DNA of 24,000 bases from NCBI RefSeq assembly GCF_055395405.1, contig NZ_AP038243.1; one strand, given 5' to 3'. Under the pieces are notes generated by a model. That model did not search any database. It had not been told where the DNA came from and worked only from the letters and a program-made list of their open reading frames with translations. Positions 15,682 to 24,000 of the stretch are shown here, one piece after another (position 1 is the stretch's first letter; the number at the start of each line of letters is the position of its first letter). The position numbers and the translations under genes are program-made.

Positions 15682-15686
15682 TTGCC

Positions 15687-17885
15687 TTATTTCCTGCGCA
15701 ACAGCCTTAACGCATTCGCCGTCACCAGCACCGTCGCACCCGTATCTGCCAGCACCGCCAGCCACAGTCCGGTCATCCCTAACAGCGTCGTGACGAGGAA
15801 AACGCCTTTCAGCCCCAGCGCAATAGTGATGTTCTGGCGGATATTGGCGTGAGTGGCGCGTGCCAGTTCAATCATTTGCACCAGACCGCGCAGGTGGTTA
15901 TGGGTTAATGCTGCATCGGCGGTTTCCAGCGCCACGTCTGTGCCGCTACCCATTGCAATCCCGATGGCGGCAGCTTTCATCGCTGGCGCGTCGTTAATAC
16001 CATCACCGACCATCGCCAGCGGCGCATGTTGATTCAGCTCGGTCACCGCTTTGACTTTATCTTCCGGCAACAGGCCCGCTTTAAACTCCAGCCCCAACTC
16101 CCCGGCAATTGCCGCCGCTGCGCGTGGATTATCGCCGGTGAGGATCACCCCTTTGACGCCCAGCGCGTTCAGTTCACTGATAGCAGTTGCAGCATCGGCG
16201 CGTAGAGTATCCTGCAATGCAATGATACCCAGCACGTCATCGTTACGTACTACCAGCACTACCGTTTGCCCGGCGCTTTCCAGTTCGTTAATTAAACCAG
16301 CAAATGCATCAGCGGGATGTTTCCCGGCAGCGCATATCAACACGCGCTCACCGTTAACCTGCGCTTCAATGCCAGACCCGACCAGCGCCCGCTGTGATTG
16401 GGCGGTGGGAATGGCGAGTTCAGCAATCTGTGCTTCGCGCACAATGGCCTGTGCCAGTGGATGCGTCGCGCCTTGCTCGACCGCCGCCGCCAGTGTCAGC
16501 AGTTCAGATTCACTAATACCCGTTGCCGGATGAATCGCGGTAACGCGCGGTTTACCGACGGTCAGCGTACCGGTTTTATCAAACGCCACCTGGGTAACAC
16601 GACCCAGCTGCTCCAGCGCCGCGCCGCCTTTAATCAACGCCCCACGACGCGCTGCTGCCGCCAGCCCGGAGGTAATCGCCGCGGGCGTGGAGATAACTAA
16701 AGCACACGGGCAACCAATCAGCAGCAGCGTCAGCCCTTTATAAATCCACTCTTGCCAGCTGGCGGCAAACAGCAGCGGCGGCACCAGCGTTACCAGCAGG
16801 GCGACGGCCATAATCGCTGGCGTATAAATACGGCTGAAGCGGTCGATAAACCGCTCAATGGGCGCGCGGCGCTCTTCGGCTTCTTCGATCAGTTTCAGAA
16901 TCCGGTCAATGGCGCTGGCACCCGGTTCTGACAGCACTTCCAGCGTTACCAGACGATCTACGCTGGTGGCTCCTGCAGGAACTTTATCGCCCGTCGCGCG
17001 CTCCACAGGAATGGATTCTCCGGTCAGGGCGCTTTCATCAAAACTGGCAAACGGTGAGAGCAGTTTACCGTCGGCAGGCAAACGCCCACCTGCGGCGACT
17101 TCAATCACATCGCCAGGCCGCAGGCTGTTAATCGCCACCTCTTCACGCTCACCGTTACTCAGACGCGTGGCGGTTTCTGGCTTCAGCGCCATTAACGCGC
17201 TAACGCCCTGACGCGCGCGGCTGGCGGCCCAGCCTTCCAGTCGTTCACCAATCAAAAACAGCAGCAACACCATCGCAGCTTCAGCCGTTGCGCCAATAAA
17301 CAGCGCCCCAATAGCGGCTATGCTCATTAAGGTTTCAATGGCGAAGTAGCTGCCGGATTTGATCAGCCGTAATGCCTGACGAGCAATCGGGTACAGCCCA
17401 ACCAGCGTGGTCGCGATAAACGCCAGTTGCCCGAACGGATGATTGAACTGCTCCAGACCCCAGCTGATTGCCATCATCACGATTAGCGTAATCAGCGGCA
17501 GATTCTCTTTCAGGCGTGATGCTTGTTGTTCGTCGGCGGCCTGTTCATCGCGCAGGGAATAGCCCGCTTTTTGCACCGCAGATTCAACCTGGGCACGGAT
17601 GTCATTGTCGGCATCGACTACCAGTTTTTCGGTGGCGAACAACACCTGCACCTGATTCACGCCTGCAAGCTGGCGCACGGCATTTTCTACCTTGCGCGCA
17701 CAGGCGGCGCAGTCCATGCCGCTGACTTTCCAGCTATAGCGGGTGCCGGAGACGTTTTCAGAGAGCGTTGGCGTGCTGGAACATGCGCCGTCGCAGCAAC
17801 AGTCGTTGGCGTTCTGTACCGTGGTTAGCGGTTTGAACGCAGCAAATTGAGGGGCTTTCTTGCCGTGATTGTCAGGAGTCGACAT
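15687..17885 (-). CDS. zntA: Zn(II)/Cd(II)/Pb(II)-translocating P1B-type ATPase
   Basis: A 732-aa ORF with an N-terminal CCCDGAC cluster and GMDCAAC metal-binding motif. It also carries the CPC transmembrane motif (LLIGCPCALVISTP), the DKTGT phosphorylation site and the GDGINDAP hinge. A ZntR-type promoter lies upstream, and synteny with yhhN fits. Confidence 0.97.
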   Translation of the reverse strand: MSTPDNHGKKAPQFAAFKPLTTVQNANDCCCDGACSSTPTLSENVSGTRYSWKVSGMDCAACARKVENAVRQLAGVNQVQVLFATEKLVVDADNDIRAQVESAVQKAGYSLRDEQAADEQQASRLKENLPLITLIVMMAISWGLEQFNHPFGQLAFIATTLVGLYPIARQALRLIKSGSYFAIETLMSIAAIGALFIGATAEAAMVLLLFLIGERLEGWAASRARQGVSALMALKPETATRLSNGEREEVAINSLRPGDVIEVAAGGRLPADGKLLSPFASFDESALTGESIPVERATGDKVPAGATSVDRLVTLEVLSEPGASAIDRILKLIEEAEERRAPIERFIDRFSRIYTPAIMAVALLVTLVPPLLFAASWQEWIYKGLTLLLIGCPCALVISTPAAITSGLAAAARRGALIKGGAALEQLGRVTQVAFDKTGTLTVGKPRVTAIHPATGISESELLTLAAAVEQGATHPLAQAIVREAQIAELAIPTAQSQRALVGSGIEAQVNGERVLICAAGKHPADAFAGLINELESAGQTVVLVVRNDDVLGIIALQDTLRADAATAISELNALGVKGVILTGDNPRAAAAIAGELGLEFKAGLLPEDKVKAVTELNQHAPLAMVGDGINDAPAMKAAAIGIAMGSGTDVALETADAALTHNHLRGLVQMIELARATHANIRQNITIALGLKGVFLVTTLLGMTGLWLAVLADTGATVLVTANALRLLRRK

Positions 17886-17920
17886 GGCATCCTCCGGTTA
17901 AGTTTTTTCTCATTAACCGA

Positions 17921-17952
17921 AGGATACACTCTGGAGTCGACTCCAGAGTCAA
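17921..17952 (-). promoter_or_regulatory. PzntA promoter with ZntR (MerR-family) operator
   Basis: The minus strand reads TTGACTCTGGAGTCGACTCCAGAGTGTATCCT. It has a -35 TTGACT, a -10 TATCCT and a 20-bp spacer. The spacer contains the 22-bp palindrome ACTCTGGAGTCGACTCCAGAGT (17928-17949). This is the published architecture of the ZntR-activated zntA promoter. Confidence 0.9.
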
Positions 17953-17958
17953 GTTTTA

Positions 17959-18585
17959 TCAGAGATACAGCGAGCGGACGATGAGGAAGTGACCAGCAAA
18001 GTAGCAGGCCGCAGCAATCGCGTTGTCCGCACGGAAGCGTCGGCGATAGTGACTACCCAGCCAGACAAAGTTACTGATAAACAGTAACGAAGCGCCGACA
18101 AACGCAGAGAGTGCCGGAGCGGTCGGACGGAAGAACCACAGTTCACCTGCCAGCCACACCATCACCAGCGTCATGCCGATAAACGTGCAGATAGGCCAAC
18201 GATACTCTTCCAGACGCGTCCAGATAATCGCCAGTAACAGCGCGCCCAGAACCAACAGCACCAACGGCAGAGGCCAGAAGAAGGAGAGCGTCATCTGACT
18301 GGCGAAATAGATGGTGTACAGCAGGTGCGAGAGGAAAAACGCGCCGATGGCGTACATCAGACGTTGACGTGGCAACAGGGTTAGCGCATCGCCCAGCAGT
18401 GAGGCACACAGCCCCGCCAGCACCAGATAGCTAATGGCGTCGAACATCGGCGCTTGCCAGGCCAGCAACAGCAGGAGAAGAAGGGTTAACGGTTTAAACA
18501 CCCAGCGTTGCCAGGTTGGCCCACGATACGATGCATCCACAGATAGCCATGCGGAAAGACAGACAGCGATAAACGACCAAAGCAT
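17959..18585 (-). CDS. yhhN: YhhN-family inner-membrane protein
   Basis: A 208-aa polytopic membrane ORF in the conserved position between zntA and yhhM. Confidence 0.9.
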
Positions 18586-18725
18586 CTTAGTTCCTTGAAT
18601 TCGTTATTTTTTCGTAAGCGGAATGCCTACGGTCTTGCTTCCAGTTTAGTGGCGAGGGTGGACGGATGACAACACCATAACTGGCAGGGTATGCTTATTT
18701 CCGCATTTTCCGATGAGGGATAAAG

Positions 18726-19085
18726 ATGAGTAAACCACCTCTTTTCTTTATTGTTATCATTGGCTTAATCATCGTCGCCGCATCGTTTCGTTTTATGCAA
18801 CAACGACGGGAAAAAGCTGATAATGATATGGCACCGCTCCAGCAAAAGCTGGTGGTGGTGAGCAACAAGCGGGAAAAACCGATTAACGATCGCCGTTCGC
18901 GCCAGCAGGAAGTGACTCCGGCAGGCACCAGTATGCGCTATGAGGCAAGCTTCAAACCGCAAAGCGGAGGAATGGAGCAGACGTTTCGCCTCGACGCCCA
19001 GCAGTACCACGCCCTGACAGTGGGCGATAAAGGTACGCTGAGCTATAAAGGAACGCGCTTTGTCAGCTTTGTAGGCGAACAATAA
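18726..19085 (+). CDS. yhhM: DUF2500-family protein YhhM
   Basis: A 119-aa ORF with an N-terminal transmembrane helix (MSKPPLFFIVIIGLIIVAASF) and conserved synteny. Confidence 0.88.
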   Translation: MSKPPLFFIVIIGLIIVAASFRFMQQRREKADNDMAPLQQKLVVVSNKREKPINDRRSRQQEVTPAGTSMRYEASFKPQSGGMEQTFRLDAQQYHALTVGDKGTLSYKGTRFVSFVGEQ

Positions 19086-19087
19086 GG

Positions 19088-19357
19088 TTATTTTTTAACT
19101 TTAAATTTCTTCTGCCAGACCAGCAGTTCAAACACGCCGAAAAGGAAAATCCGCACCTTTTCGGCGGTGGTCATCTGCGGGCCATCTTTCGGCAAAGTGG
19201 ATTTCAATAGCGCCAGCTGCATACCATGCATCAGCACGGTAAAAATCAGCGCCACGTTAACAAAAATATTCAGCGGACGCGGGAAGGGATGCACCAGGTT
19301 GAGGATTAAAAATCCCCAAACGCAGAGCATTAACAAACGTCCAATATTAATCAACAT
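19088..19357 (-). CDS. yhhL: small inner-membrane protein YhhL (DUF1145)
   Basis: I call the internal start MLINIGRLLMLCVWGFLILNLV... (89 aa) rather than the 130-aa track ORF. The track ORF's N-terminal extension lies inside the rsmD coding region. The start overlaps the rsmD stop by 11 nt. Confidence 0.8.
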   Translation of the reverse strand: MLINIGRLLMLCVWGFLILNLVHPFPRPLNIFVNVALIFTVLMHGMQLALLKSTLPKDGPQMTTAEKVRIFLFGVFELLVWQKKFKVKK

Positions 19358-19943
19358 CACTTTCTCCTTGTGCTTCGCGTTGATACAGCCGATAAGCCAC
19401 CTGACCCGCCACTTTTTCCCGATGTAATGACCAGTTCGCCGGAACAGTGGGCAGACCGTTTTCGACTTCGCTTTCGACATAAATCAGGGCTTCGTCAGCC
19501 AGCCAGCCGTTATCTTCCAGTAAATTTATCGTCTCTTCTAACAATCCACGGCGGAACGGTGGATCGACAAACACGATATTATGCGGTGTGCCTTTTTGCG
19601 CCAGGAATGACATCGCGTTGCTGTTCACCACGCGTGCATTGCCTGCTTTTAGTGTCGCCAGATTCTTAATTAACTGCTGAGAAACCGCACGATCCATCTC
19701 AATCAACGTGGCCCCCGCAGCGTAGCGCGATAACGCTTCCAGCCCCAGCGCGCCGCTTCCGGCGAAGCAATCCAGACATTGGGCGTCAACAATGACCGGA
19801 GCCAGCCAGTTAAACAACGTTTCGCGTACGCGGTCGGTGGTGGGGCGCAGACCTGGGCTATCAGGAACCGGGAGTTTACGGCCTCGCCACTGCCCGCCAA
19901 TAATGCGGATTTGGCCGCTGCCGGAATGATTCGGTTTTTTCAT
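19347..19943 (-). CDS. rsmD: 16S rRNA (guanine966-N2)-methyltransferase
   Basis: A 198-aa ORF with an SAM-binding motif (LDCFAGSGALGLEALSR) and the DPPF catalytic motif (VFVDPPF). It is divergent from ftsY, as in E. coli. Confidence 0.95.
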   Translation of the reverse strand: MKKPNHSGSGQIRIIGGQWRGRKLPVPDSPGLRPTTDRVRETLFNWLAPVIVDAQCLDCFAGSGALGLEALSRYAAGATLIEMDRAVSQQLIKNLATLKAGNARVVNSNAMSFLAQKGTPHNIVFVDPPFRRGLLEETINLLEDNGWLADEALIYVESEVENGLPTVPANWSLHREKVAGQVAYRLYQREAQGESDVD

Positions 19944-20092
19944 GATAAATTGCTCAATCCGCCAGATAACACATACTTGCAGGCGGTGATGTGAATTAAG
20001 TTAAGTGATAGACTATTTCATCATTTTTTTAGCTGCTATGTACATAGCGTTAACGCTGTGCCATGAAGCAACAGCGAGGAGTGTAGTCGCAA

Positions 20093-21580
20093 ATGGCGAA
20101 AGAAAAAAAACGTGGCTTTTTTTCCTGGCTGGGCTTTGGTCAAAAAGAGCAGACCCCGGAAAAAGAGACAGAAGTTCAGAATGAACAACCAGTTGTAGAA
20201 GAAATCGTTCAGGCGCAAGAGCCTGTGAAGGCTTCTGAACAAGCCGTTGAAGAGCAGCCGCAGGCGCATACTGAAGCCGAGGCGGAAACTTTTGCTGCCG
20301 ACGTTGTGGAAGTTACTGAACAGGTTGCTGAAAGTGAAAAAGCGCAGCCTGAAGCGGAAGTCGTTGCACAGCCGGAACTGGTCGCAGAAGAAACGCCGGA
20401 GCCAGTGGCTATCGAGCGTGAAGAACTGCCGTTGCCGGAAGACGTCAACGCCGAAGAGGTTTCGCCAGAAGAGTGGCAGGCCGAAGCGGAAACCGTAGAG
20501 ATTGTCGAAGCGGCGGAAGAAGAAGCGGCTAAAGAAGAAATCACCGACGAAGAGCTGGAAGCACAGGCGCTGGCTGCCGAAGAGGCGGTGATAGTGGTTC
20601 CTCCGGCAGAAGAAGAGCAGCCGGTGGAAGAAATCGCTCAGGAGCAGGAAAAACCGACCAAAGAAGGTTTCTTCGCGCGCCTGAAACGCAGCCTGTTAAA
20701 AACCAAAGAAAATCTCGGTTCCGGATTTATCAGCCTGTTCCGCGGTAAAAAAATCGACGATGATCTGTTTGAAGAGCTGGAAGAACAGCTGTTGATCGCC
20801 GATGTGGGCGTGGAAACCACACGTAAAATTATCACCAATCTGACAGAAGGCGCATCCCGCAAGCAGCTTCGTGATGCCGAGGCGCTCTATGGCCTGCTGA
20901 AAGAAGAGATGGGCGAGATTCTGGCGAAAGTCGATGAGCCGCTGAATGTTGAAGGTAAAACGCCGTTCGTGATCCTGATGGTGGGCGTCAACGGTGTGGG
21001 TAAAACCACGACGATTGGTAAGCTGGCACGTCAGTTTGAGCAGCAGGGTAAATCGGTGATGCTGGCGGCGGGCGATACTTTCCGTGCAGCAGCGGTTGAA
21101 CAGCTTCAGGTCTGGGGTCAGCGCAACAATATTCCGGTGATTGCCCAGCATACCGGTGCGGATTCCGCTTCTGTTATCTTCGATGCCATTCAGGCCGCTA
21201 AAGCGCGTAACATCGACGTCCTGATTGCCGATACCGCCGGACGCCTGCAGAACAAATCGCACCTGATGGAAGAGTTGAAGAAAATCGTCCGCGTGATGAA
21301 GAAACTCGACGTTGAAGCTCCGCATGAAGTTATGCTGACCATCGATGCCAGCACCGGGCAGAATGCGGTAAGCCAGGCCAAACTGTTCCACGAAGCCGTT
21401 GGCTTAACCGGCATCACGCTAACGAAACTGGACGGCACGGCGAAAGGCGGGGTAATTTTCTCGGTGGCTGACCAGTTTGGTATCCCTATCCGCTACATTG
21501 GTGTCGGCGAACGTATTGAGGATTTGCGTCCGTTTAAGGCGGACGACTTTATAGAGGCACTTTTTGCCCGAGAGGATTAA
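20093..21580 (+). CDS. ftsY: signal recognition particle receptor FtsY
   Basis: A 495-aa ORF with an acidic E/A/Q-rich A domain followed by the NG domain (GVNGVGKTTTIGKLA, DTAGR, TKLDGTAKGG). Confidence 0.97.
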   Translation: MAKEKKRGFFSWLGFGQKEQTPEKETEVQNEQPVVEEIVQAQEPVKASEQAVEEQPQAHTEAEAETFAADVVEVTEQVAESEKAQPEAEVVAQPELVAEETPEPVAIEREELPLPEDVNAEEVSPEEWQAEAETVEIVEAAEEEAAKEEITDEELEAQALAAEEAVIVVPPAEEEQPVEEIAQEQEKPTKEGFFARLKRSLLKTKENLGSGFISLFRGKKIDDDLFEELEEQLLIADVGVETTRKIITNLTEGASRKQLRDAEALYGLLKEEMGEILAKVDEPLNVEGKTPFVILMVGVNGVGKTTTIGKLARQFEQQGKSVMLAAGDTFRAAAVEQLQVWGQRNNIPVIAQHTGADSASVIFDAIQAAKARNIDVLIADTAGRLQNKSHLMEELKKIVRVMKKLDVEAPHEVMLTIDASTGQNAVSQAKLFHEAVGLTGITLTKLDGTAKGGVIFSVADQFGIPIRYIGVGERIEDLRPFKADDFIEALFARED

Positions 21581-21582
21581 CA

Positions 21583-22251
21583 ATGATTCGCTTTGAACAT
21601 GTCAGCAAGGCTTATCTCGGTGGGAGACAGGCGCTGCAGGGCGTTACGTTCCATATGCAGCCGGGTGAGATGGCGTTTCTGACCGGTCATTCCGGCGCAG
21701 GGAAAAGTACCCTCCTGAAGCTGATCTGTGGGATTGAGCGGCCCAGCGCCGGGAAAATCTGGTTTAGCGGCCATGACATCACGCGTCTGAAAAACCGTGA
21801 AGTTCCGTTTCTGCGCCGCCAGATTGGCATGATTTTCCAGGATCACCATCTACTGATGGACCGTACTGTCTATGATAACGTGGCGATCCCGCTGATTATC
21901 GCCGGTGCCAGCGGTGATGACATTCGTCGCCGGGTGTCGGCGGCGCTGGATAAAGTCGGGCTACTGGACAAAGCGAAGAACTTCCCTATTCAGCTTTCCG
22001 GCGGTGAACAACAGCGTGTTGGCATTGCCCGCGCGGTGGTGAACAAGCCCGCGGTACTGCTGGCGGACGAACCGACTGGTAACCTGGACGACGCGCTGTC
22101 GGAAGGCATTTTACGTCTGTTTGAAGAGTTTAACCGCGTTGGGGTAACCGTATTGATGGCAACGCACGACATCAACCTGATCTCGCGGCGTTCCTATCGC
22201 ATGCTCACCCTGAGCGATGGTCACTTGCATGGAGGCGTGGGCCATGAATAA
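21583..22251 (+). CDS. ftsE: cell-division ABC ATPase FtsE
   Basis: A 222-aa ORF with Walker [10 protein letters not shown], signature LSGGEQQR and Walker [12 protein letters not shown]. It starts 2 nt after the ftsY stop. Confidence 0.97.
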
Positions 22252-23302
22252 GCGCGATGCAATCAATCATATTCGGCAGTTTGGCGGGCGTCTGGATCGC
22301 TTCCGTAAATCGGTCGGCGGCTCTGGCGACGGCGGTCGTAACGCGCCAAAACGGGCGAAATCCTCGCCAAAACCGGTAAATCGCAAAACCAACGTTTTCA
22401 ACGAACAGGTGCGCTATGCCTTCCACGGCGCATTGCAGGATCTGAAAAGCAAACCGTTCGCCACGTTTTTAACGGTGATGGTTATCGCCATCTCCCTGAC
22501 GCTGCCCAGCGTCTGTTATATGGTGTACAAAAACGTTAACCAGGCGGCGACGCAATATTATCCGTCACCGCAAATCACTGTTTATCTGCAAAAAACGCTG
22601 GACGATGACGCCGCTGCGGGCGTGGTGGCACAGTTGCAGGCCGAGCAAGGCGTGGAGAAAGTGAATTATCTTTCTCGTGAAGACGCACTGGGCGAGTTCC
22701 GTAACTGGTCTGGTTTTGGTGGTGCGCTGGATATGCTGGAAGAAAACCCGCTTCCGGCAGTGGCGGTGGTGATCCCGAAACTCGATTTTCAGGGGACGGA
22801 ATCACTGAATACGCTGCGTGATCGTATCACCCAGATCAATGGCATTGACGAAGTGCGGATGGATGACAGCTGGTTTGCCCGTCTGGCGGCGTTAACCGGG
22901 CTGGTCGGGCGCGTTTCCGCGATGATCGGCGTGTTGATGGTGGCAGCAGTGTTCCTCGTCATCGGTAACAGTGTGCGCCTGAGTATCTTTGCTCGCCGTG
23001 ACTCCATTAACGTGCAGAAACTGATTGGTGCGACGGATGGTTTCATCCTGCGCCCGTTCCTGTACGGAGGCGCATTGCTGGGATTTTCTGGCGCATTGTT
23101 GTCACTAATTTTGTCAGAAATTCTGGTACTGCGTTTGTCATCGGCGGTTGCGGAAGTGGCACAGGTTTTCGGAACAAAGTTTGATATCAATGGCTTATCG
23201 TTCGATGAATGCCTGCTATTGCTGCTGGTATGCTCGATGATTGGCTGGGTGGCAGCGTGGCTTGCCACGGTACAACATTTACGCCACTTTACGCCTGAAT
23301 AA
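22244..23302 (+). CDS. ftsX: cell-division ABC permease-like protein FtsX
   Basis: I call the start at ATG 22244 ([15 protein letters not shown]..., 352 aa), which overlaps the ftsE stop by 8 nt. I reject the track start at 22217, which lies inside ftsE. Confidence 0.93.
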
Positions 23303-23317
23303 TAAAAGCGTGTTATA

Positions 23318-23354
23318 CTCTTTCCCTGCAATGGGTTCCGTAGCAGGGAAAGAG
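23318..23354 (+). terminator. 12-bp perfect stem-loop after ftsX (CTCTTTCCCTGC-N13-GCAGGGAAAGAG)
   Basis: Read directly, 16 nt after the ftsX stop. It is not followed by a clean T-run, so this is a putative terminator or RNA-stability element. Confidence 0.5.
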
Positions 23355-23426
23355 ACCCCGTTGTCTCTTCCCGGTATTTCATCTCTATGTCACATTTTGT
23401 GCGTAATTTATTCACAGCGTTGCATT

Positions 23427-23452
23427 GAACTTGTGGATAAAATCACTGTCTG
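23427..23452 (+). promoter_or_regulatory. rpoH P3 sigmaE-dependent promoter with an embedded DnaA box
   Basis: GAACTT (23427-23432) and TCTGA (23448-23452) match the sigmaE -35/-10 pair described for rpoH P3. TGTGGATAA (23433-23441) is the exact complement of the DnaA box TTATCCACA. Confidence 0.8.
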
Positions 23453-23546
23453 ATAAAACAGTGAATGATAACCTCGTTGCTCTTAAGCTCTGGCACAGTT
23501 GTTGCTACCACTGAAGCGCCAGAAGATATCGATTGAGAGGATTTGA

Positions 23547-24000
23547 ATGACTGACAAAATGCAAAGTTTAGCTTTAGCCCCAGTTGGCAACCTGGATTCC
23601 TACATCCGGGCAGCTAACGCGTGGCCGATGTTGTCGGCTGACGAGGAGCGGGCGCTGGCTGAAAAGCTGCATTACCATGGCGATCTGGAAGCAGCTAAAA
23701 CGCTGATCCTGTCTCACCTGCGGTTTGTTGTTCATATTGCTCGTAATTATGCGGGCTATGGCCTGCCACAGGCGGATTTGATTCAGGAAGGTAACATCGG
23801 CCTGATGAAAGCAGTGCGCCGTTTTAACCCGGAAGTGGGTGTGCGCCTGGTCTCCTTCGCCGTTCACTGGATCAAAGCAGAGATCCACGAATACGTCCTG
23901 CGTAACTGGCGTATCGTCAAAGTTGCGACCACCAAAGCGCAACGCAAACTGTTCTTCAACCTGCGTAAAACTAAGCAGCGTCTGGGCTGGTTTAACCAGG
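23547..24000 (+). CDS. rpoH: RNA polymerase heat-shock sigma factor sigma-32, N-terminal part (runs off the window end)
   Basis: The ATG at 23547 has a GAGAGGA Shine-Dalgarno. It reads [151 protein letters not shown]. It is absent from the ORF track because it has no stop in the window. Confidence 0.97.
   Translation, partial: MTDKMQSLALAPVGNLDSYIRAANAWPMLSADEERALAEKLHYHGDLEAAKTLILSHLRFVVHIARNYAGYGLPQADLIQEGNIGLMKAVRRFNPEVGVRLVSFAVHWIKAEIHEYVLRNWRIVKVATTKAQRKLFFNLRKTKQRLGWFNQ

Noticed and set aside
15530-15793. 87-aa + strand ORF spanning the junction and the zntA 3' end, and a possible tRNA or sRNA at the integrase junction
   Set aside because: The ORF is antisense to zntA for most of its length. 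I searched the 219-bp junction by eye for tRNA hallmarks (T-loop GGTTCGAATCC, acceptor/CCA pairing) and found none. The repeats there are reported as a finding instead.
16051-17828. Several 69-160-aa + strand ORFs inside zntA
   Set aside because: They are Ala/Arg/Ser-rich shadow frames of a GC-rich gene, all antisense to zntA.
19358-19480. N-terminal extension of the yhhL ORF (130 aa in the track)
   Set aside because: The extension lies inside the rsmD coding region in another frame. The conserved small membrane protein begins at MLINIG (19357).
20093-20700. Low-complexity E/A/Q/V-rich repeats in the first 200 codons of ftsY
   Set aside because: This is the known acidic A domain of FtsY. 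Length variation of a couple of residues between strains is ordinary.
20696-21391. 231-aa ORF on the - strand
   Set aside because: It is antisense to the conserved ftsY NG domain. Long antisense frames are common in GC-balanced, highly conserved genes, and this one has no independent signals.
22217-22243. Upstream start for ftsX (MVTCMEAWA...)
   Set aside because: It lies within ftsE. The canonical coupled start, ATG 22244, overlaps the ftsE stop and gives the known [13 protein letters not shown]-terminus.
22789-23415. 208-aa ORF on the - strand
   Set aside because: It is antisense to ftsX and runs through the ftsX-rpoH stem-loop. It is a shadow ORF.

Overview
This window is Escherichia/Shigella-type chromosome in two parts. 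All family and gene recognition is from memory, since no searches were possible.

The right part (about 15,650-24,000) is the conserved core block zntA-yhhN-yhhM-yhhL-rsmD-ftsY-ftsE-ftsX-rpoH. Its textbook regulatory sites are readable: the ZntR operator in PzntA, and the sigmaE P3 promoter plus a DnaA box upstream of rpoH.

The left part (1 to about 15,470) is one arm of a horizontally acquired island. A P4-type tyrosine integrase bounds it, lying 219 bp beyond the zntA stop codon. I see no tRNA or tmRNA at that junction, and tusA, the gene I recall following zntA in K-12, is absent.

The island is a mosaic with heavy IS decay:
- an IS911-like IS3-family remnant
- one near-complete IS66-family element whose tnpC is broken
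- two further IS66-family 3' remnants
- an IS630-family fragment
- an internally deleted ISAs1-family gene

Island cargo:
- a PapX/SfaX-like MarR regulator frameshifted in an A8 tract
- an orphan sitA with intact Fur and MntR boxes but a dead, truncated sitB
- a DoxX protein and a monothiol glutaredoxin-like protein
- three envelope genes: a DolP/YraP paralogue, a YebF paralogue and a Tia/Hek-type beta-barrel
- a very AT-rich block of uncharacterised genes: a duplicated small zinc-ribbon gene, a 117-aa orphan and an EcsC-family protein
- a 351-aa TPR-like protein next to the integrase

I found no CRISPR array, rRNA or tRNA by eye. I cannot recognise a clearly defined novel system. The best candidates for something undescribed are the AT-rich zinc-ribbon/EcsC block, the non-tRNA integration junction with its C5/G5 repeats, and the envelope paralogue trio.
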